The notes under the pieces: model-generated | What the model was told of the DNA's origin: nothing | Database searches by the model: none | The model's input: the letters and a program-made list of their open reading frames with translations, nothing else | Shown: in pieces, positions 56,716 through 64,000 of the stretch | Layout: every line of letters starts with the position of its first letter | Position numbering within the stretch: the first letter of the stretch is position 1 | Translations under genes and position numbers: made by a program | From: Shigella phage ESh21 | Sequence record: ON528731 | Strand: one strand, 5' to 3' | Length of the DNA: 64,000 bases

Positions 56716-59415
56716 TTAGTGGACTTCAAGCCACGATTTACCAACCTTACCAGTACCCGTTACCAAAGTATCCTTCTTCAGTCCCAAGTTTTTAGAAGCT
56801 TGACCATAATACCAGTCAGTTACTGCCTTAACTTCTGCTGTCATGCTTTCTGGACATTCCCAGCTTGTTTCGTCGTGGTAAGCACAAAGTAAACGAGCAC
56901 CGATAGCTGGCTTACGACCATTTAGTTTCATCAAACCTTCATCAATCATACGACGACAAGCAAGGTTGATTGCTTCATTCTGAACTTGTGCTTCTGAACC
57001 CATCAACAGATAGTTCAAGAGTTTGTGTGGAGATTTACACCACAACCACGCCCCAGCAACCTGAACAAATCCACCTTTAGCAATTGCAGCAGTTTTACCA
57101 AAGACCTCTTCAAGAGCTTTCTTAGTTGCTTTAAAGTCAGCTTCTAAGTTATCAATCAGTTTCTTAATCTTCGGCAAACGAACAAAGTAAGTCTGCTTAG
57201 TCAATGCACCTTCTTGAGTAGTTGAAGCTTTGATGGTCTTAGCAAACTTCTCATCACCCGCACCGAACAGCAGTGCATAGATACCGTTCTTAGCTTTCTT
57301 ACGACCCTTACTAATCTCATGGAGAAGATTCTCATCCTGAGTCATACGACAAGTCAAGATATCCTGCTCATCATTCAAGCTGAAGTAAATACTGTTCAGT
57401 GTGTGAGCATCAGTGCCTGAATAGACTACGTACAAGTCGTTTTCAGAGTCATAACGCAGATACTTGTCAACTTCTGGGTTAAGGTATTCGTCGAAGTGTT
57501 TGCAGTAATAGCGACCATCTTCTTGACGAATAAACTCAATTTCTTCCTTACCTTCTGTTACTGCTTTGGTGAACTCTTTATCACCCATAAAGTTACACAG
57601 TAACACAAGCTGTGCAGAGTTCATATCAACGGATACTACGTTGGTTCCTTCTTCACAAATCCAGACTGCCCTCATTGGTTCCCCGTAAACAGCAGCCCCA
57701 GAAGGTACGTTCACAATACCATACTGTGTCATACGACCAGTTGAAGTACCAAACACCATTGCACCAGCACTCAAGCGACCATCTGGACGAATCTGGTTTA
57801 ACCAACCTTTCTCGTCATCTTTTGAGTTCTCAATAGTTCTACGTCGGTGCATCAAAGTATAGTACTTCGCAATCTTTTGTCCAAGTTCACCTTCAATGGT
57901 GTCATAAGAAGATTCAGTAAGTTTAGGTGAAGTACGAATCAAGCAAGGCTCAAGCAAATCTGTGTACTTCCTAACAGACCAGTTATGCTCAATGTAATGA
58001 ACCCCTTCATGCTCAATGTAGTTCAATCCACAACGTTCAACCATCTCATCCCACTTAGGATGTTTACGAATCATCTTCTTATTATCTTTGAAGCGGCATA
58101 CCTTGATTGGACGGTTATCAGAATCCTTTTTGTAGTTCCAATCATCAGGAATCCAGCCAACAGATTTCAAGTATTCCTTCACCACTGCAACTTGAGTCAT
58201 ACGTGAAACTTCAAACTCAATTGGTGTATAAGGTGCATCAACAAGACCTGTGTAACGGCTTGACTCCATTTCAAAGTGATTTACTACGTGGTTATTGTAG
58301 TACTTCACAGTTTTAACTGTCTTAACTGGCTTCCAATCCTTACACTTCTTGCCAACCTTAGCATTCAACTCATTGCAGATTGCACGAGCATCTTTCATTG
58401 CTACAAAACCTTCCCTGTACTCTTCGCCAGTGACAGTGTTAGTTGGAGTGTAGCAATTACGTTTCTCAATGTTGAAAATCTTTGTAGTTGGTTTCCCATA
58501 TGGCTTGATAGGGTACGTCTTCAGTTCCCCTTCACGCATCTGCTCACGATACTTTGTCTTTGGATACTTTGTGATACGTTTCAAACCATCTACATGACCA
58601 AATGTTTCAACATACTCATTCCATGCCTTGGCAAACTCTTCACCAGTTACTTTACCTTTCGTCTTAATAGTCGGAGGTAGGAACGGTTCAACTTCAGAGG
58701 CTAACTCAGAAGTCATCTTATCCAGTTCTTCTACACAGGACTTCATAAGGTCAATGTTAGCTTTCCAACCATTAATAGCTTGTTGACTCATCCAGAAAGA
58801 AGTCTCTTTAGCTCGCATGTAGGTTTCGTAAGTATCTACACCACACTTCTTAAGCTTAAGGTATTCATTATCCATAGCACGTTTTGCTTTGGCGTTGATT
58901 CGAATATCCTCAACAACACGGTTAAGAATATCAGCGTTCCACACACCCCACTCTTCAATCTCTGGTTTACGAACACCGACACGAGCACCCCATGCAGCCA
59001 AGCCATGAGCACCCTTGTAGCCTTTTGGTGTAGGTCTATCCATCCACTGCACACGAGATTGGATAAGTGAATCCTGAAAGAAGTCACTCCAAGGTTTACA
59101 CTTAGGATTATCAAAGTTCCACAGGTCAGGTGCAATATGGTTGAACACCCACCAGTCATAACCAAGACCATTGTGGATACAAAGGCGTTTGGCTTTCAAT
59201 GCAAACTCCACACCTTCACGCAAACCACCTTTGATGTATTTTGTATACTTGTGACCAAGGATAGGCTCATCAGTGAAAACCCACACAGCAGGTTCATCAC
59301 TATCATCTTTGTAATCTGCGAATGCCATAACGTGAGCTTTTGTAAACTCAAGCAGCAACCCGTCAGTTTCTGTATCACCAACCAAATGTAAGTTCTCAAA
59401 ATCTACATTGTTCAT
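56716..59415 (-). CDS. DNA polymerase, family A (T7-like), with 3'-5' exonuclease domain
   Basis: N-terminal VGDTETDGL exonuclease motif; HGLAAWGARVG and C-terminal region resemble T7 DNA polymerase. Confidence 0.9.
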   Translation of the reverse strand: MNNVDFENLHLVGDTETDGLLLEFTKAHVMAFADYKDDSDEPAVWVFTDEPILGHKYTKYIKGGLREGVEFALKAKRLCIHNGLGYDWWVFNHIAPDLWNFDNPKCKPWSDFFQDSLIQSRVQWMDRPTPKGYKGAHGLAAWGARVGVRKPEIEEWGVWNADILNRVVEDIRINAKAKRAMDNEYLKLKKCGVDTYETYMRAKETSFWMSQQAINGWKANIDLMKSCVEELDKMTSELASEVEPFLPPTIKTKGKVTGEEFAKAWNEYVETFGHVDGLKRITKYPKTKYREQMREGELKTYPIKPYGKPTTKIFNIEKRNCYTPTNTVTGEEYREGFVAMKDARAICNELNAKVGKKCKDWKPVKTVKTVKYYNNHVVNHFEMESSRYTGLVDAPYTPIEFEVSRMTQVAVVKEYLKSVGWIPDDWNYKKDSDNRPIKVCRFKDNKKMIRKHPKWDEMVERCGLNYIEHEGVHYIEHNWSVRKYTDLLEPCLIRTSPKLTESSYDTIEGELGQKIAKYYTLMHRRRTIENSKDDEKGWLNQIRPDGRLSAGAMVFGTSTGRMTQYGIVNVPSGAAVYGEPMRAVWICEEGTNVVSVDMNSAQLVLLCNFMGDKEFTKAVTEGKEEIEFIRQEDGRYYCKHFDEYLNPEVDKYLRYDSENDLYVVYSGTDAHTLNSIYFSLNDEQDILTCRMTQDENLLHEISKGRKKAKNGIYALLFGAGDEKFAKTIKASTTQEGALTKQTYFVRLPKIKKLIDNLEADFKATKKALEEVFGKTAAIAKGGFVQVAGAWLWCKSPHKLLNYLLMGSEAQVQNEAINLACRRMIDEGLMKLNGRKPAIGARLLCAYHDETSWECPESMTAEVKAVTDWYYGQASKNLGLKKDTLVTGTGKVGKSWLEVH

Positions 59416-59674
59416 TTTAACTCCCTCTCAAATCACACTGCTTAATACCCTACTCCAATTTTTATGAAAAAGCAAGTTGACAAAGCACTTGACAAGGTGT
59501 TAATCTTTGCGGAGTGGGTTCTATCTTAATAGACTCTCTTTACAGGTTAACTATACAGATTCTTTAAAACCCTTAAAAGATTTTTAATAGTCTTTTAAAA
59601 GCTTTAAAGTTATACGTATAGAATACGTAAAGATAAGAGATTAAAATCTTTATAGAAACTTAGTAGAGGCAATT

Positions 59675-60097
59675 ATGCAGAGGATGTACATTCACCCAGA
59701 TATACAAAACTTCATTGATGCTTTAGAGAAACTTGAAAGGCTTGACTTAGAAGCACAGAAGGAATATGCTTTCCATCATCGACGTATGGTTGATGTGCAG
59801 CATGAGATAGAGTTGTCAGAAGGGTACGACGATAAGATGAAGTGTTCAGTCTTTGAGCACATGAAAGAGATATCTTCAGAAAGACGTAAAGCAAAAGATA
59901 CTATCTTTTTGATAGATACCTTAAAAAATAAGTTGCAAAATGGAACGGATTTAGATAGTCTATCACAACTGCTTCAGGATGCAGAGAATACATGGGACAG
60001 GAATTACTTCCCAAGGTCTGAAAAAGGACTTGACTTCTCTTCACAAGAAAGCTTAAGATTATCACGACTAACTATTAACAAAATAAGAGAGAATTAA
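59675..60097 (+). CDS. Hypothetical protein
   Basis: ORF in track. Confidence 0.5.
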   Translation: MQRMYIHPDIQNFIDALEKLERLDLEAQKEYAFHHRRMVDVQHEIELSEGYDDKMKCSVFEHMKEISSERRKAKDTIFLIDTLKNKLQNGTDLDSLSQLLQDAENTWDRNYFPRSEKGLDFSSQESLRLSRLTINKIREN

Positions 60098-60098
60098 T

Positions 60099-60902
60099 AT
60101 GACTACTGTAAATGAAATGCTGTCCTCAAAAGGTATTGATAGCAACTTTATGCTCAATACAATTGAAAGTCTTGCTATTGTAATGCGTAGCAACACATTT
60201 AGTTCCAAGGTAATGCCTGAATCATATCAGGTTAATGGAGATATCTCTGATGAGTCATCGTTTCGCTCGCAAGTTAAACTCCTTCTAAGTGACCGTAAAC
60301 TAGCTCTGGCATCTGTAGCGGTTGGTGTAGATGCCTTTGCTGGTTATATCTTTGACAACATGCAGACTGGTGACTTCAAAGTTCTTTCTGAGGAAGAGAA
60401 AGAAGGAATCCTTAACTTCTCTGAAGATGCTACCTTTGAACTGATTATCAACTCAATTGCAAGTGTTATGGCTGTTCTTGAGAAGCGTGTTCAAGATAAA
60501 CTTCCACGCTATGAACAACTTGATTGGGGATTCGTAGATATCTTTGAGCGAGTGCTGGAGATGGTGGCCCTTACTAGTGAGCAACTTAAAGAGGTTGTTG
60601 CGCGTGAAGCTGAACATGGACTTGATGAGATTCAGGTTAAACTTACCGCATTGGTCCCATCAATCATCACTGTAATGGGTATCCACGCTCTGTTTGAAGT
60701 CGCTCAACTGATTGATGCACCTATCGAGTTTGTTGAACAGATTGCTGGTGATGTAAGTGGTGAAGCACTACGCGAAGTCATTATGCAGACTGGTGCAGCA
60801 GTACTCCAAGAGAAAATTGCTATCCACTTCGGTGATGAGTTTGTTGAGACTCTTCAGGCTATCTCTGAAAAAGAAAAACTGGACTCTAACCAGATTCACT
60901 AA
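60099..60902 (+). CDS. Hypothetical protein
   Basis: ORF in track. Confidence 0.5.
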   Translation: MTTVNEMLSSKGIDSNFMLNTIESLAIVMRSNTFSSKVMPESYQVNGDISDESSFRSQVKLLLSDRKLALASVAVGVDAFAGYIFDNMQTGDFKVLSEEEKEGILNFSEDATFELIINSIASVMAVLEKRVQDKLPRYEQLDWGFVDIFERVLEMVALTSEQLKEVVAREAEHGLDEIQVKLTALVPSIITVMGIHALFEVAQLIDAPIEFVEQIAGDVSGEALREVIMQTGAAVLQEKIAIHFGDEFVETLQAISEKEKLDSNQIH

Positions 60903-60960
60903 TACAATTGTTTTCCCCAAGCCTCCTTAATTGGGGGCTTTTTATTATGAGAGGTATATT

Positions 60961-61698
60961 ATGAAGAGTATTATTGCATTCACTGGTAAGGCACGTTCTG
61001 GTAAAGATACTTCCTGCACCATCGTTAAGAACCACTTGATTGAAGAAGGCTACACTGTTAAAGTCTTTGCGTTCGCAGATAATCTTAAAGCAACTGCTGG
61101 AGATATCTTTGACTTAGATTGGCAAGACTTGTATGGCGACACCAAAGAGAAACCTCAGAAATTTGACTTAACATTCTCAAATGTGCATAGTAACGTTAAA
61201 TATTCTTTCTTCAGACACTTGAAAGATAAAGGTATACATAATGATGAGAAACTTTGTGGTGAAATCACAGACAGACTTATCAAAGAACTGAAGAAGGTTG
61301 CTAAACCGACTCTCTTGACAAGGATGGGTTTCAGGAATGAATACATCTTCTCTTCACGACAAATCCAACAAGTTTGGGGTAGTGAGGTTATTCGTAAAAT
61401 CCTTGGGGAGCGTTTCTGGATTATTGACCTTGCAGAAAGAATAGAAAAGTTTTATGGTGAAACAGAAAGAAAAGGCCACATTCCAGTAATCCTAATTTGT
61501 GATTTGAGGTTTGATATTGAAGCGGAATTTATCAAGAGCTATAATAGTCAAATCATCGAAGTGACCAGAAATGGTATTGAGCAGGTTGCTTCACACCATT
61601 CTGAAAAAGGTATCTCTACACGCTTCGAAAGAGATATTATTCAGAACAACGGAACAATAGATGAACTTGCAGATAAACTGAAAGTCATCATAAAATAG
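60961..61698 (+). CDS. dNMP kinase (T4 gp1-like, putative)
   Basis: AFTGKARSGKDT P-loop resembles T4 gp1 FLSGVKRSGKDT; start set to ATG 60961 with GAGAGG SD. Confidence 0.65.
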   Translation: MKSIIAFTGKARSGKDTSCTIVKNHLIEEGYTVKVFAFADNLKATAGDIFDLDWQDLYGDTKEKPQKFDLTFSNVHSNVKYSFFRHLKDKGIHNDEKLCGEITDRLIKELKKVAKPTLLTRMGFRNEYIFSSRQIQQVWGSEVIRKILGERFWIIDLAERIEKFYGETERKGHIPVILICDLRFDIEAEFIKSYNSQIIEVTRNGIEQVASHHSEKGISTRFERDIIQNNGTIDELADKLKVIIK

Positions 61699-61705
61699 AG
61701 AGATA

Positions 61706-61903
61706 TTGAAGATGAGAGATAATAACTTGAAAGTTGTTGACCACCGTAGTGTAGAACTCTCATCTCTTTCTAAAGAAGTAATGATGGAGCGACTTGAAAG
61801 GGTCGCTTCTCGTCGGAAAGAGATTGCAGAAGAAATTCATGAATTAGATAAGATTGAGAATGGTCTTAAAGCAGAACTGCGTCGTAGAGGTGTCAATGGC
61901 TAA
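61706..61903 (+). CDS. Hypothetical protein
   Basis: ORF in track. Confidence 0.4.
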   Translation: MKMRDNNLKVVDHRSVELSSLSKEVMMERLERVASRRKEIAEEIHELDKIENGLKAELRRRGVNG

Positions 61904-63884
61904 ACCAAGAAAATTAAAAGAAGCTGGTCAATTTGTAGGACATTGTGCATGTCCTAAATGTGATTCTTCAGATGCAGGTTCAATTTATCATCACGACGAC
62001 GACTCATATTCAATGACTTGTTTTAGTTGTGGTAAAGGTTTTCCAGAGTGGGATTTTGATAAAGGTCAAATTGTTAGCACAATGTCTACAGGTTCTGATA
62101 GTAAAAATCGTAAGTTTCGTGGTATGGATTTAGATGATGTTAAAGAAAACCTCGAAGCAATGGATTTAAAAGACAGGAAGATTCCTGCAAAGGTTTTAGA
62201 ACGTCTTGGTATTAAAGTTGACGTAGATGAGAATGGAGATATTGACGCTCATTTCTATCCAACTTATAAGAAGGATGAAGATGGGAAATTGAAGCATGTT
62301 GGTTATCGAGTTCGTCACAAATACCCTGATGACCACCCTAAAGAACAGCTTCGTGGTAAGTTAAAAGACTTCTCAGGTGGTGTAGGTGATATCAAAGGTG
62401 AACTGGCTATGTTCGGTTCATGGATTGCACCTGAAGGTGGTAATCGCTTATTCATCTGGGAAGGTGAGATGGAGTGTGCTACAGCAGTCTATATGACTTC
62501 TTTGGCAATTAAGGATAAGTCACGTAGAAAGAACTACTGTCACGTATCTGTCCCATCTGGTGCAAACGTTAAGTCTATCAAGGAGAATTATCAGTACATC
62601 ACATCCTTTGATGAGATTTACCTTTGCTTCGACAACGATGAAGCAGGTGCCAAGGTAACTAAGGAAGCTGCTGGTATCCTTCCTATTGAAAAGGTTCGAC
62701 TGTTCCAGTACCCTGAAGGTGTCAAAGACCTTAGTGAGTGGTGGACTAAATTCTTTAAAGACAAAGATACAGTCTTAGAAGGGTTTAAGCAGAGAATCTA
62801 TAATGCACCTCGTTACTGCCCTGCTGGTATTAAGAACTTTGCAGATGGTTTCGAAGCAATGAAGAATCGTGGTCAGATTCCTTTGATTCCTTTTCCAGAA
62901 TCTTTCGGGGATTTGAACAAGTTAACTTATGGTGGTTATGGGTTAGGCGAAATCACTACACTGGCTGCACCGTCATCTGTTGGTAAATCTGCCTATACTC
63001 GTGAAATGATTTATACAGCATGGAAAGATACTGAGTACAACATTGGTGTAATTCCTGTAGAAGATACTTACGAAGAACTTATGGAAATGCTCTGTGCAAT
63101 CCATCTAAGTAAGCAGATTTCAGAGATTCCTTACGATGAGCGAGATTGGGATGAGCTAAAAGGAGCACATGCGGATTTGTCAAAAGGTCGTCGTATTCAC
63201 ATCGTAGACCATCAAGGGGCAATTGACCAAGACAACTTGCTAGAATTTGTTGACTATCTTGTTAATAGTCTTGATTGTAAGATTATCATCCTTGACCCAA
63301 TTACATTGGCTTTGTCACGCTCTGATACTGACGAAGAAGAAGTCCTGTCTGAACTGTTGCGTCGTTGCAAGCGTTATCAGTATGCTCAGGTAAACGTCTG
63401 TCACGTTCGTAAGAGTGCAGGTGGTCAGAAAGCTAACTCTGAAGGTGGAGATATCTCTGAAGAAGATATCAAGGGTTCTGGTGCATACTTCCAGATTTCT
63501 ATGAACAACATTTTGTTAATGCGCAACAAGGTTGACCCAGACCCTGTTAAGAAAAACTTGACAAAAATCAAGTTAACTAAATGTCGTCGTCATGGTAAAT
63601 CCACTGGTATTGCTGGTCACACTTGGTATAATCCAGAAACAGGCCGTCTTATCAAGGCTGCTGGTTGTGGTGTTGATATTGATGGTGCAGCAGAGAATAT
63701 CCGTCAGCAGTATGGTATTGGTGATGCTGAAGACCATTACGATGATACCATGCCACACTATGAAGATGAAGCATTTGACCGTGACACTGGAGAGTTGTAT
63801 ACTCAAGAGCAACGTCAGAGTTCTACAATTCCTCCTGCAATCAATGAGGATGGTGATGATGACTGCCCGTTTGAAACTGACTGA
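61896..63884 (+). CDS. DNA primase-helicase (T7 gp4-like)
   Basis: N-terminal Cys4 zinc finger, TOPRIM-like LCFDNDEAGAK, helicase P-loop APSSVGKSAY and IIILDPI; start at ATG 61896 with GAGG SD. Confidence 0.85.
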   Translation: MAKPRKLKEAGQFVGHCACPKCDSSDAGSIYHHDDDSYSMTCFSCGKGFPEWDFDKGQIVSTMSTGSDSKNRKFRGMDLDDVKENLEAMDLKDRKIPAKVLERLGIKVDVDENGDIDAHFYPTYKKDEDGKLKHVGYRVRHKYPDDHPKEQLRGKLKDFSGGVGDIKGELAMFGSWIAPEGGNRLFIWEGEMECATAVYMTSLAIKDKSRRKNYCHVSVPSGANVKSIKENYQYITSFDEIYLCFDNDEAGAKVTKEAAGILPIEKVRLFQYPEGVKDLSEWWTKFFKDKDTVLEGFKQRIYNAPRYCPAGIKNFADGFEAMKNRGQIPLIPFPESFGDLNKLTYGGYGLGEITTLAAPSSVGKSAYTREMIYTAWKDTEYNIGVIPVEDTYEELMEMLCAIHLSKQISEIPYDERDWDELKGAHADLSKGRRIHIVDHQGAIDQDNLLEFVDYLVNSLDCKIIILDPITLALSRSDTDEEEVLSELLRRCKRYQYAQVNVCHVRKSAGGQKANSEGGDISEEDIKGSGAYFQISMNNILLMRNKVDPDPVKKNLTKIKLTKCRRHGKSTGIAGHTWYNPETGRLIKAAGCGVDIDGAAENIRQQYGIGDAEDHYDDTMPHYEDEAFDRDTGELYTQEQRQSSTIPPAINEDGDDDCPFETD

Positions 63885-64000
63885 TAGTTATCTGAAGGAG
63901 GGCATCACGCCCTTCTATTCAGAAAATAGCACTAAAAAATTTGCAAAAGATTGCTTGACTAAGATTGAAGAGTTCGCTAAAGTACTAATCAACAAGGGGC

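Overview
AT-rich window from a tailed dsDNA phage with a contractile tail (sheath, tube, chaperone pair, tape measure, baseplate, two tail fibres), a lambda-like head module (large terminase, portal, S49 protease-scaffold, gpE-like capsid) and a T7-like replication module (family A DNA polymerase, gp4-like primase-helicase) plus thymidylate synthase, DHFR, ATP-dependent ligase and dNMP kinase. The overall organisation resembles Felix O1-type myoviruses, but that assignment is an impression, not a test. Layout: (i) 0.2-9.1 kb, plus-strand array of small early genes, each behind a conserved leader and often a promoter-embedded hairpin; (ii) 9.15-10.7 kb, an ORF-free repeat-rich region at a convergent junction, including a helically phased TTGTTA array; (iii) 10.7-19.0 kb, minus-strand operon with endolysin and an Ig-like protein; (iv) 19.4-26.3 kb, a vWA protein that I read as a Ro60/Rsr-like (TROVE-vWA) homologue, followed by a tRNA array (27 tRNAs by manual folding, anticodons covering all 20 amino acids) interspersed with non-tRNA structured elements; (v) 26.4-50.2 kb, structural genes; (vi) 50.2-64 kb, nucleotide metabolism and replication. 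The most interesting candidate is the Ro60-like protein together with Y-RNA-like elements in the tRNA array, one of which carries a permuted tRNA-like module (T-arm, closed acceptor hairpin, D-arm). All calls are from reading the sequence and recalled family motifs; no searches or folding programs were run and coordinates of RNA features are approximate.
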